Below, piece by piece: positions 49,915 to 59,513 of a stretch of DNA of 64,000 bases. Source of the DNA: Candidatus Poribacteria bacterium (GTDB lineage: Bacteria; Poribacteria; WGA-4E; UBA9662); NCBI GenBank assembly GCA_046582655.1, contig JAYGDX010000063.1, positions 1 to 64,000 on the forward strand, written 5' to 3'. The first letter of the stretch is position 1, and each line of letters starts with the position of its first letter. Below the pieces are notes generated by a model that ran no database searches, was not told the origin of the DNA, and saw only the letters and a list, made by a program, of their open reading frames with translations. The translations under genes were made by a program, and so were the position numbers.

Positions 49915-51357
49915 ATGTCACAAATCGAAATTACCAACCTCAATTTCACCTATCCAGGTCGATTAGAGCCGACACTCAATCAGATCAACATTACAGTTGA
50001 AAAAGGCGATTTTATCCTGCTAAATGGTAAAACAGCTTCCGGCAAATCAACATTACTTAAGGCAATTAATGGATTAATTCCGCATGCCTCCAGTGGAGAA
50101 TTGCGAGGTAATGTGAGAATCGATAATTTTAATGTGTCAGATCTGACTTTGGCAGACATTGGCCGAAAAGTTGGACTTCTTTTTCAAAATCCAGACAATC
50201 AGCTTTTCTGTACGACTGTTGAGGACGAAATCGCCTTCGGGTTGGAAAATATGGGAATACTACCAACTCACATAGACCAGGCTATCGATGAAGCCTTAAA
50301 TCTGGTTGGGCTAGCAGAATTTCGAAAACGAGAAACATCAACTCTTTCAGGAGGGGAAAAACAGCTAATTGCACTCGCCAGTTTATTTGCAATGAAGCTA
50401 CAAATACTATTGCTAGATGAACCAACAAGTTATCTCGATGCCAATTCTAGCAGGGACATTCTACAGATTATCAGTGAATTGAACCGGAAATTTGAAATCA
50501 CAGTAATTGTTGCTACGCACCGAATACACACAATCGCAACTTTGTGTAATCGCAGATGGTCTCTAAGAAACGCAGAGATAACAGAAGAGCTATCAGTGCA
50601 CAATATCCAAGCCAAAAGAGCCGAAACCTGGAAACGTTCAGCCCCTTATATTCAAGATCGAAAAAATCTACTCAAAATGACAAATACGAGCTTTAATTAC
50701 AAGGGACAATTGGGAATCTTAGAAAACATATCACTGCAAATCGGATATGGTGAAATCATCGCATTGATGGGACAGAACGGATCCGGCAAAACAACGTTGT
50801 TGATGTTGATGGCACAATTATTACGACCAACATTCGGTGAAGTCACTTTAGATAATTTCAGGCCTAAACGAGAAGGTGACGGCAAAATCGGTCTCGTCTT
50901 TCAAAATGCGGACCTAGTCTTACAAGCCCAGACAGTTGGAGATGAAATTAGATTTGGCCCTCGAAACTTTGGACTGAAACACCATTTACTGGAAAAACGA
51001 TCAGACGATATAGCCAACATGTTTAAGATCTCCCCATATAGAAATGATCATCCATACGCTCTCTCTGGCGGCCAACGGCAACGAGTCGCCATTGCTGCCA
51101 ACTTGTCGCTTAACCCGGATCTACTCCTACTAGATGAGCCAACTACCGGTCAAGACACTGATTATCTTAACACTACAATGCAGATACTTTGCCACAAAAT
51201 CAGGAATAATAATAAAACCTTAATCTTCTCCTCCCACAATGCTGACCTCGTGTTAAGATACGCAGATCGCGTATTGATTCTAGAGCGAGGAAAACTTGTC
51301 TTTGATGACTCAATTAATAAATTTATTGATAACCACGCCGACAATTTCATACAATAG
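49915..51357 (+). CDS. ECF-type transporter fused double ATPase (A-A')
   Basis: Two ABC domains; FQNPDNQLFCTTVEDEIAFGLEN, LSGGEKQ, LSGGQRQRVAIA, LDEPTTGQD. Confidence 0.92.
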   Translation: MSQIEITNLNFTYPGRLEPTLNQINITVEKGDFILLNGKTASGKSTLLKAINGLIPHASSGELRGNVRIDNFNVSDLTLADIGRKVGLLFQNPDNQLFCTTVEDEIAFGLENMGILPTHIDQAIDEALNLVGLAEFRKRETSTLSGGEKQLIALASLFAMKLQILLLDEPTSYLDANSSRDILQIISELNRKFEITVIVATHRIHTIATLCNRRWSLRNAEITEELSVHNIQAKRAETWKRSAPYIQDRKNLLKMTNTSFNYKGQLGILENISLQIGYGEIIALMGQNGSGKTTLLMLMAQLLRPTFGEVTLDNFRPKREGDGKIGLVFQNADLVLQAQTVGDEIRFGPRNFGLKHHLLEKRSDDIANMFKISPYRNDHPYALSGGQRQRVAIAANLSLNPDLLLLDEPTTGQDTDYLNTTMQILCHKIRNNNKTLIFSSHNADLVLRYADRVLILERGKLVFDDSINKFIDNHADNFIQ

Positions 51358-51577
51358 TTCCCCTTAGACAAAACATCAGCGTCACAATCTTAGGGTTGAT
51401 CCATCAATAGAGGCACAGGTACTACAAAATAATTTGGTCTCACCTTTAAGTCTTGCACTACCATGATTTCAGTAGTATCACCAGGAAGAATATCGTTGCT
51501 GGTTTTAAATTGACGAAGTCTATTCGGTTGTGTTACGATTGGATTCCAATCAGGAATCCAAAAGAGACTGATAAATA

Positions 51578-52789
51578 ATGCAATACCTTGTCGGTACATG
51601 TTACTTCCTATTAACTATGGAGATATTAATTGCACTTCGATCCTTTCTTTATGCCCGCCGTAAGCGGAAGAAAGCGCCTCACGTTTTTTTCCCTAAAGCA
51701 GCTATCATTGCACCGCACTACGGCTGGGACTGCCGAACAGAAGAAAATGTCAAACGAGTACTCGAACAAGACTATGCTGGTGAACACCTAATCTACCTAG
51801 TGACAAACTGTGTTGGTGAATCAGACTATGATAGTTCATATGAACATCTGTTAGAATTAGTGAGGGGGTACACTAACGTACAGGTTGTGCTGGCACCTAA
51901 TATTATCGACAATAATCTCCCTAGGTCGCAGAAAGTACAGAACTTGATGTCAACTATCGAATTACTTCCAAATGATATAGAAATTATCGCTTTTATTGAT
52001 GCTGATGCTGAAATACGAAGCGATTGGCTTAGTCAGCTTGTTCAGCCGCTACAGGATCCGAAAGTTGGCGCTACAGTTGGCGGACGATTCTATATTATTT
52101 CGGAAGTTAATAACTTCCTGAAAGATCTCGCTTCAATGACTGAAGCTGCATGGGTAAATTTTCAGCTTACCGCCCAAGGGGACCATCCGCTAACCATGAT
52201 CTGGGGAGGTTCAAATGCTATCAGACGAAAATTGATTGAAGATGGAAAAGTCTTAGAACGTTGGCACAATGCAGCCATCGAAGACCACAATCTGACGCTT
52301 GCAGTCAGATCACTCAGTCAGAAAATTCACTTTGTTCCAGAAGCTATCTCGATATGTCACACAAAAAACAGATCATGGAAGCAAATTCTCGAGTTTACTA
52401 ACAGGCAAACTATTATGACATACTGGATGCGACATAAAATACAATGGGCAATTCTCTTTGTCACAGCCGTTCCAAAAACATTAATTCTGATGTCTGCACC
52501 TTTTCTTGTTTTCTCGTCACGCACCGCCATGTTGCTATTCTTAATCCCTCTTCTGGAAATCCATTGCTATCGGCACTCGTTTTCCGCTTTACCAGAAGAG
52601 ATAAAACACAACCAACAGATTCAGGAAAACATCAAGCGCACATCCTTCGCTATCCCCATCTCAGGTTTTATCGCCGCTATAAACGCTGTATGGGCAATAT
52701 TTCAGAATGAGATTGTTTGGGGTAATGTACGATATAAAATCCTCTCCGATACAGAATGTCAAGTTCTAGGCAGAGTCGCTGATGAGTAA
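51578..52789 (+). CDS. Membrane glycosyltransferase, GT2/GT21 (HpnI/ceramide-glucosyltransferase-like)
   Basis: N-terminal TM, SQKVQNL, FIDADA (DxD), WGGSNAIR, IEDHNL, C-terminal TMs, IVWGNVRY. Confidence 0.8.
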   Translation: MQYLVGTCYFLLTMEILIALRSFLYARRKRKKAPHVFFPKAAIIAPHYGWDCRTEENVKRVLEQDYAGEHLIYLVTNCVGESDYDSSYEHLLELVRGYTNVQVVLAPNIIDNNLPRSQKVQNLMSTIELLPNDIEIIAFIDADAEIRSDWLSQLVQPLQDPKVGATVGGRFYIISEVNNFLKDLASMTEAAWVNFQLTAQGDHPLTMIWGGSNAIRRKLIEDGKVLERWHNAAIEDHNLTLAVRSLSQKIHFVPEAISICHTKNRSWKQILEFTNRQTIMTYWMRHKIQWAILFVTAVPKTLILMSAPFLVFSSRTAMLLFLIPLLEIHCYRHSFSALPEEIKHNQQIQENIKRTSFAIPISGFIAAINAVWAIFQNEIVWGNVRYKILSDTECQVLGRVADE

Positions 52790-52822
52790 TTACTGAATCC
52801 TAAACCAATTAGAGAAGGGAAA

Positions 52823-54043
52823 ATGTCAATCCGAAGCCGCGTCTCACCTCGTTTTTTCATCAAGGAGCTTGCGAATGCAACATCTACTGAGTGGCATACA
52901 TCGTACATCATGGCCCGGTACCAAATGTCTAAGGAGACTTTCAGTTTCCGACACCCGTTAGGAGCCAAGCATGGACGTGGAGATGGCGTACAGCTTGTCA
53001 GCCTTCGAATCACTGATATGTGCAACTTGCGTTGTCATTCTTGTGGTCAATGGGGAGATAATGGCTATTTAATCGACCAAGATTTAAAAGAATTGAAGCA
53101 ACGAGAAGTACCGATCCAATATTATAAGCATCTGGTCGATCAGATTTTGGATCTTGGCTGGTCTCCAGTCTGGTACATCTGGGGAGGAGAACCGATGATG
53201 TACCCTGACATTATTGATTTGCTATATTATATCCATGACCGCGGCATGCCAATTTCGATCGTGTCGAACGGAACGCGAATTGCTAAATATGCCAAGGATA
53301 TTGCAGAAACATGTGAAATCCTGTATCTGAGCGTTGATGGATCAAATGCTGAAATTCACGATAATCAGCGTCCAGCAGTCTCAGCAAGATATAGTAATTT
53401 TCAAGATGTTGAAGCGGCACTTCAAAAAGTAAGAGAAGAAAAAAATAAAAATAATTCGCCTTTCCCGTACATTATCCCACTGAGTTGTATTACAGCCTAT
53501 AACATAAATGATGTGGTTGACCTATACAAGTTCACCAGCCAGTATGCTGATGCCCAAATCCTTTATCTTACGTGGTGGATTGATCAAAAATCCGCAATAG
53601 AGCACTCGGATGACTTTGAGCGCCGTTTTGGTAAAAAGCCGCAAACTCACTATGGCTGGATTGGAGAATGGAACCAGTTTGATCACGGCATCATTCTTGA
53701 AAAATACCATGAGATGATACGTATCTCGCAACAGAGAAATACTTGCCCACCGATGATGATGCCGGAACTCCATACAAAAGAAGAAATTAATACATACTAC
53801 ACAGACCATTCTGAAACCTTTGGTTACAATCAATGCGTTTCTATCTACATGACAATGGAAATTGACAGTAACGGTGACGTAAGTCTTTGCCGAGATTACC
53901 ATGACTATATTATCGGCAATATTCAAAGAGATCCAGTAGCTGAGATGTGGAACAACGAGGCAGCTATTCGTTTCCGGAAGTCAATTAGTACTGAAGGTCT
54001 CATGCCTGTCTGCCGACGCTGTTGTGGATTAATGGGTTATTAG
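52823..54043 (+). CDS. Radical SAM protein with SPASM/twitch domain
   Basis: CNLRCHSC, WGGEP, SNG, SVDG; C-terminal C...NGDVSLC...IGNI...CRRCC. Confidence 0.92.
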   Translation: MSIRSRVSPRFFIKELANATSTEWHTSYIMARYQMSKETFSFRHPLGAKHGRGDGVQLVSLRITDMCNLRCHSCGQWGDNGYLIDQDLKELKQREVPIQYYKHLVDQILDLGWSPVWYIWGGEPMMYPDIIDLLYYIHDRGMPISIVSNGTRIAKYAKDIAETCEILYLSVDGSNAEIHDNQRPAVSARYSNFQDVEAALQKVREEKNKNNSPFPYIIPLSCITAYNINDVVDLYKFTSQYADAQILYLTWWIDQKSAIEHSDDFERRFGKKPQTHYGWIGEWNQFDHGIILEKYHEMIRISQQRNTCPPMMMPELHTKEEINTYYTDHSETFGYNQCVSIYMTMEIDSNGDVSLCRDYHDYIIGNIQRDPVAEMWNNEAAIRFRKSISTEGLMPVCRRCCGLMGY

Positions 54044-54060
54044 ACAAAATCCGAATTGAA

Positions 54061-55530
54061 ATGCCTCTCATTCTAACAATTAATGCTGATAACTTATCCC
54101 TCAGGTATCAGTGTTTTGAGATGGTGGGCGAGGTTTGCCTTGCCAAAGGGAAATTTGATCGCCTTAATAATTCAATTCCGGAATTGATCTATGAGCGGCA
54201 TGATGGAGACAGCTATCAGTTAGAAGTTCCTCAAGTGACCTACGACAACGTCTTTTCATTTATTCCGGCAACTCTGCTCGATAAAGAACATGGTATTATT
54301 GATGATATATCAGTAATTGCTGCCGTTGGACATTGCGTCGTTCATGGTGGGGTTCATTTTGCTGAATCGCAACTCATTACGCCACTGACAGAGGGATTGA
54401 TTGAACAAAACAATCATCTTGCCCCACTGCATAACCCCTTCAATTTAAAAGGGATTCGGTCATGTCGCAAAATTATGCCAGACACACCGCAAGTAGCTGT
54501 TTTTGATACAGCTTTCCATCAATCAATCCCTGATTATGCTCAGGTCTATCCTATTCCATACGAATTTTACATGGAGCATGATATTCGTCGTTATGGATTT
54601 CACGGAATATCTCATCGTTACGTGTCACATCGCGCCGCTAAAATGTTAGGACGTTCTCTCTCTAATCTTAAGCTCATCTCCTGTCACCTTGGAAATGGGT
54701 GTAGCGTTACAGCGATTGATGGCGGCCGATCTGTTGATACTAGTATGGGATTTACGCCGCTTGAAGGATTGATGATGGGTACCTGTAGTGGAGATATTGA
54801 TCCAGCCATTATCTTCCATTTGGTTAGAAAACACGGTATGTCAATCGGCGATATTGAAGAGTTGCTAACTAAAAATAGCGGCTTACTTGGTATTTCAGGT
54901 GTCGAATTAGATATTAGGGAACTTCTTAACACGACCATAATGGATAACGAGCGTATACTGCTTGCCTTAAAAATGTTCTGCTATCGTGTTAGCCAATACA
55001 TTGGTAAATACGTCGCCTCACTTGGTGGACTTGACGCTCTCATCTTTACAGGTGAGATTGGAGGAAACATGGCGCGAATTCGGTCGAAAATCTGTGAAAA
55101 ACTTGGCTTTTTAGGTATCGAAATTGATCCGAATAAAAATAGTAATCGGGTATGCGAAAAAGAAATTAACCGTGACAACGCAACGGTTCAAACACTCCTC
55201 ATCCCAACGAATGAGGAACTGATGATTGCACGGGATACACTTGATCTTGTCCAACAACCACCAGAACAGATTGATCAAATTACGCGATTTTCACGCTTGG
55301 TGAAAATGGCTGAAAAGCGTGACGAACAACCTGTATCCGTGCAGTTACTTGATCAACCCAACCAGAAAGACAATGTCGAACCACATCCTCAGAATTCAAA
55401 GCTTCAGCAACCATTAGCATTAGTTGATGGGCAAGGCACGATTGAACATCCAGAGCTAAAAGGAACCACGGACACCGAGCCACCAGTCGCACCGAGCGCA
55501 TGGTTGTCGGTCTACAATGAAAAGAAGTAA
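54061..55530 (+). CDS. ackA: Acetate kinase homolog with degenerate active site and C-terminal extension
   Basis: APLHNP, VFDTAFH, RRYGFHGISH, HLGNG, TSMGFTPLEGL, IPTNEELMIA are present, but several catalytic motifs are altered. Confidence 0.85.
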   Translation: MPLILTINADNLSLRYQCFEMVGEVCLAKGKFDRLNNSIPELIYERHDGDSYQLEVPQVTYDNVFSFIPATLLDKEHGIIDDISVIAAVGHCVVHGGVHFAESQLITPLTEGLIEQNNHLAPLHNPFNLKGIRSCRKIMPDTPQVAVFDTAFHQSIPDYAQVYPIPYEFYMEHDIRRYGFHGISHRYVSHRAAKMLGRSLSNLKLISCHLGNGCSVTAIDGGRSVDTSMGFTPLEGLMMGTCSGDIDPAIIFHLVRKHGMSIGDIEELLTKNSGLLGISGVELDIRELLNTTIMDNERILLALKMFCYRVSQYIGKYVASLGGLDALIFTGEIGGNMARIRSKICEKLGFLGIEIDPNKNSNRVCEKEINRDNATVQTLLIPTNEELMIARDTLDLVQQPPEQIDQITRFSRLVKMAEKRDEQPVSVQLLDQPNQKDNVEPHPQNSKLQQPLALVDGQGTIEHPELKGTTDTEPPVAPSAWLSVYNEKK

Positions 55531-58216
55531 GCTTTTTGACAAACTACCTATTTGGATTGAAAGGGAACTTCTTGTCTTTTCCCTTTTCTTCATATGTATC
55601 CTCGTTCCACCAACCAACCAAACACACGCCCAGATTACTGACATTGAATATCTCATCGACCGGCTTGATGCAAATGAAATATTTACCCGACAAGCAGCAA
55701 TAGATAAATTGGCTGAAATTGGCGAGCCAGCGTTCCCTTACCTTGCATCTATTCTCAAGCGGGGCAAGCCCGTCGCCAGAAGTTCCGCAATTCGTGTATT
55801 GAGCAAAATTGGACATTCTGCCATTCCAATTCTCTCAATCGCGGTCAAAGATCCAACACTCCAGGAACAGAAAGATCCAGTACTCGGCGTGCGGAAAGAT
55901 CCAGTACCCGACACACAGAAAGAAGCGATTGAGAGTCTCAGAGATTTCGGTTTTCCCGTTCTAATTGTTCCCCTTTTGACGCATGGAAACTCAAATGTTC
56001 GACGAGATCTTGCCTATGCCTTAGGTGAAATGGCAAAATCAGTCTCTGCCCGTGATGACAATGATTTTCGTGAGGTGGTTCCTGCGCTGGTGCAGGCATT
56101 GGACGATCAAAATAGGGAAGTCCAACTTCACGCAATTAATGCCCTCGGAAAAATGAAGGGTTTTGCGCGCACCTACAAGGACACTTTGCAAAAAATGTTC
56201 AGCAAATTCCAATTTAGCATTGCCCATCGATTCAGAGATGAATTGGAAGAGGGCAACGATTTTATACTTCCTTTTTCGATGCCACTGGATTTGAGGTCTG
56301 AACTTGATCTGGGTGTTACCATCCCACCAGAACTCCTTGAGCAATTTACATTATCGGGTATTCCAATCTCAGATAAAGTAACCCTTGCAACGCAAAAAAA
56401 GCATAAAAGTTGGATTATCAGCGATGATGGGAATAAGCAGATTTACACCTTGAAACGCACTAACGAGGATATCGATGTTCATCGTACTAGTATTTCCAGA
56501 AACTTACAACTCGCACTGGAGGAAAAGGGACTTTACGTATCCAGAAAAGCTAGAATTGATCAGGTAACGCCAAAACGTACTTGGTTGCTGATTGATCGAA
56601 ATCAGATATATACGGTTGAATATAACCCACCACGAATTGATTTTTCGCTGAACCATGAAGATCCAGAAATACGAACCGCGATTGTCGAAGCGATGGTGCA
56701 GATCCTAGCCCCATCTGAGATTGGGGAGTACCTGATAAAAATGCTGGATGATCCCAATCGATCTGTGAGTGGCGCGGCTGCCAGAGCGATGTCGAAAGTC
56801 AGCGGTAAAGGAGAAGAGAAACTCGTCAAAGAACTTATTGATCGTCTCCGTTCAAAAGTGTCCAGATCTCAGTTTTATGCAGCTGTCGCGCTTGGCAAAA
56901 TAAAAGCTTATAGTGCAACTGGTGAACTATTAAAGATGCTCAAAGATGACAACCATGCTAACGATGCTATAGCCGCAGATGTTCTGGGGCAGATTCTGGA
57001 TCAAGATCCGCAAATACCAGCAATTTTGCCTAAGGGTGATAATGACCAGAACTTGGCAAATGAACCAGATCACAAGAAAATCGTAGAAGCATTGGTAGAA
57101 ACACTTAAACACGAAAATTTCATTGTCCGACTGAGTGTGGTTGAAACCCTAGGCAAAATTGGAAAATCAGCAAAGAGTAAGGATAGACTACTTCTCACAA
57201 AGAATCTGATTGGATTACTCAGTGACAGCAATCTACAGGTTCGTCAGAAAACAGCACTGGCTTTAGGTAAGATTAAAGAACCTGCTGAGTTGATCGTATC
57301 GCAATTGACGGTTAGTGTCTTGAAAGATTATGATGTTCGTACCGCTGCTATCACGGCACTTGGTGAAATCGGTCAGGAAGCTGAAAGAGCCATGCCAACC
57401 GTAAAAGAGGCACTGAATGATTCATCCGGAGAAGTCAGAGCAAGCGCTGTCCGGGCGATCGTAAAGATTTCACAACAAAACAAGGAGGATGATGTTCTGA
57501 ATCAAGTCAGACGTATTCTAGATCAAGACATCAACGAAGATGTCAAAGCAGCGGCAGCCCTGGCATTAGCTGATTTTCATAGTCTCAGCGTTAAAACTAT
57601 AGATCAAATCAAAGCTGACAAAATCTTATCAGCTTTGGTGCGTTCCCTAGGAGATCCCAGCCAGAAAGTACAAGTGAACACCATAGAGGCCCTTAAGAGG
57701 ATAGGTTCTGCTGCAGCTCCCACATTACTTGACGCGCAAAAAAGCACCAACCACAGAATTGTCAGAAATACCGCTATTGTTTTAGCCGATATTGGCACCC
57801 AACATTCAGCGAAATGGGGAACACGAGTCCTTCAATTACTTTTTAAATTATCCAAGGATAAGGAAGCCGATTATCATCGTAAGATAATTGATCTGTTAAA
57901 AGGCTTTGACAAACTCGCAAAGTTAAATTTCTTAAAAGAAAAGTTGAATGACGAGATTATCGATGATCAAATCCATTCAGTATATCTTCTTGGTGAAATA
58001 AAGGAACCACCTAATGAAATTATTCTAATATTAATTGAGACATTAGAGAGCTCCGACCCACATTCAACAGAGGAATTCAAAGTTTTTGTGGAAGCACATC
58101 GAGCACTGCTAAACTTCAGGATATCGAAGGCTAACGAGGCTTTGATCAAAGAACGAGTCAGGGCATGGCGAAAACGGAAAACCCAGAGGCAACAGAAAAC
58201 ATCAGAAGTACCTTAA
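55517..58216 (+). CDS. Exported HEAT-repeat protein
   Basis: Signal/TM segment; many 'L.D....VR..AA.ALG.I' repeats with a non-HEAT insert in the middle. Confidence 0.88.
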   Translation: MKRSKLFDKLPIWIERELLVFSLFFICILVPPTNQTHAQITDIEYLIDRLDANEIFTRQAAIDKLAEIGEPAFPYLASILKRGKPVARSSAIRVLSKIGHSAIPILSIAVKDPTLQEQKDPVLGVRKDPVPDTQKEAIESLRDFGFPVLIVPLLTHGNSNVRRDLAYALGEMAKSVSARDDNDFREVVPALVQALDDQNREVQLHAINALGKMKGFARTYKDTLQKMFSKFQFSIAHRFRDELEEGNDFILPFSMPLDLRSELDLGVTIPPELLEQFTLSGIPISDKVTLATQKKHKSWIISDDGNKQIYTLKRTNEDIDVHRTSISRNLQLALEEKGLYVSRKARIDQVTPKRTWLLIDRNQIYTVEYNPPRIDFSLNHEDPEIRTAIVEAMVQILAPSEIGEYLIKMLDDPNRSVSGAAARAMSKVSGKGEEKLVKELIDRLRSKVSRSQFYAAVALGKIKAYSATGELLKMLKDDNHANDAIAADVLGQILDQDPQIPAILPKGDNDQNLANEPDHKKIVEALVETLKHENFIVRLSVVETLGKIGKSAKSKDRLLLTKNLIGLLSDSNLQVRQKTALALGKIKEPAELIVSQLTVSVLKDYDVRTAAITALGEIGQEAERAMPTVKEALNDSSGEVRASAVRAIVKISQQNKEDDVLNQVRRILDQDINEDVKAAAALALADFHSLSVKTIDQIKADKILSALVRSLGDPSQKVQVNTIEALKRIGSAAAPTLLDAQKSTNHRIVRNTAIVLADIGTQHSAKWGTRVLQLLFKLSKDKEADYHRKIIDLLKGFDKLAKLNFLKEKLNDEIIDDQIHSVYLLGEIKEPPNEIILILIETLESSDPHSTEEFKVFVEAHRALLNFRISKANEALIKERVRAWRKRKTQRQQKTSEVP
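55847..55923 (+). repeat. Degenerate 24-bp tandem repeat (x3) inside the HEAT gene
   Basis: AAAGATCCA at 55847, 55871 and 55895; encodes KDPTLQEQ KDPVLGVR KDPVPDTQ. Confidence 0.7.
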
Positions 58217-58217
58217 A

Positions 58218-59513
58218 ATGTATACAAAAATTACAGTTGGGTTTCTAGTTTTGCTGATTTTCAGCCCGCTTCTGCCTGCTCAATGGATTCTTGTACCGAT
58301 GGACGAATCACAGACAAATCACCTCAAGGCATACGGGCTTACCTACTGGACCCTTGAAACTCCACGCGAATACAGTGTGAAATGGCTACTGAACTATCGT
58401 GGTGGTGCATTTTTGTTGGTAGATACACCAGACATTCGAAAGCAATCATACGAAATGGGGGTAAATTTCGAGTCATTATCCAATATTGATTACGCGACAA
58501 TACAGACTGAAATCGAGAACAGCAACATGGATGAGATCTTGCTTGAGAAAGCCCCAAAGGTTGCTGTTTATCGCCCTCATGACAACAGCCCTTATCGGGA
58601 TCCTTGGGATGATGCAGTTAAAATCGCCATGGATTACGCGGACATACCCTATGATACTGTTTGGGATGAGGAGATCATAGAAGGTGTGTTGTTTGCAAAG
58701 GAATACGACTGGTTACACCTTCATCATGAGGACTTTACAGGCCAATACGGCAAGTTCTACGCCTCTTTTCGAGATCAGGTATGGTATCAACAACGTGTGC
58801 GGATGTACCAAGATGTTGCTCAAAAATCGGGGTTCAACAGTGTCGCTCGACACAAAGGTCATATTGCCAAACTCATTCGAGATTATGTCGTGAGGGGAGG
58901 ATTTTTATTTGCAATGTGTTCAGCACCTGAAACACTTGATATTGCTTTGGCGGCTGATAGTGGTCGAATTGACATCGTCGCGCCTGAGATCGATGGTACA
59001 CCAGTTAAAGCCAACTATCAATCAAAACTCAAATTCGATCAAACATTCACCTTCAAAGATTTTAAACTTTATCCTAATCCGAATCGATACGAGTTTTCAA
59101 ATATCGATAACCCACAGCCAGAGCTTAATCCGCTCTCTGGGGTTGAGGATTTTATACTCTTCGAATTTGCCGCTAAACACGACCCCATTCCAACAATGCT
59201 GACGCAGAATCACAAAGCCCGGATTTCCGGTTACCTCGGTCAAACAACGTCATTCAATAAGAACACCATCCATCAGTCCACAACCATTCTTGCAGAAATC
59301 GAGGGTACTGAGTATGCCAAGTATATTCATGGAAATTTGGGCAAAGGCACCTTCACCTTCCTAGCTGGGCATGATCCAGAAGATTATCGGCACCTGGTCG
59401 GTGAAGGACGGATTCCTACCAATCTTAACCTCCATAAACATTCGTCGGGATACCGGTTGATTTTAAATAATATTTTATTTCCAGCCGCCAAAAAGAAACC
59501 GCAAAAGACGTAA
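58218..59513 (+). CDS. Conserved exported protein with class-I GATase-like fold (family often labelled 'asparagine synthetase B' in Bacteroidota)
   Basis: Signal peptide; LVPMDESQTNHLKAYG, PWDDAV, YDWLHLHHEDFTGQYGKFY, GGFLFAMCSA, GHDPEDY, GYRLILNNILFPAA. Confidence 0.8.
   Translation: MYTKITVGFLVLLIFSPLLPAQWILVPMDESQTNHLKAYGLTYWTLETPREYSVKWLLNYRGGAFLLVDTPDIRKQSYEMGVNFESLSNIDYATIQTEIENSNMDEILLEKAPKVAVYRPHDNSPYRDPWDDAVKIAMDYADIPYDTVWDEEIIEGVLFAKEYDWLHLHHEDFTGQYGKFYASFRDQVWYQQRVRMYQDVAQKSGFNSVARHKGHIAKLIRDYVVRGGFLFAMCSAPETLDIALAADSGRIDIVAPEIDGTPVKANYQSKLKFDQTFTFKDFKLYPNPNRYEFSNIDNPQPELNPLSGVEDFILFEFAAKHDPIPTMLTQNHKARISGYLGQTTSFNKNTIHQSTTILAEIEGTEYAKYIHGNLGKGTFTFLAGHDPEDYRHLVGEGRIPTNLNLHKHSSGYRLILNNILFPAAKKKPQKT

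Noticed and set aside
51390..51599. 69-aa minus-strand ORF between the ECF ATPase and the glycosyltransferase
   Set aside because: Opposes the operon direction, overlaps the GT start and has no recognisable motif.
52823..54043. Radical SAM as a RiPP maturase
   Set aside because: No short precursor ORF or RRE/PqqD-like domain is evident nearby; the context points to a glycosyltransferase partner.
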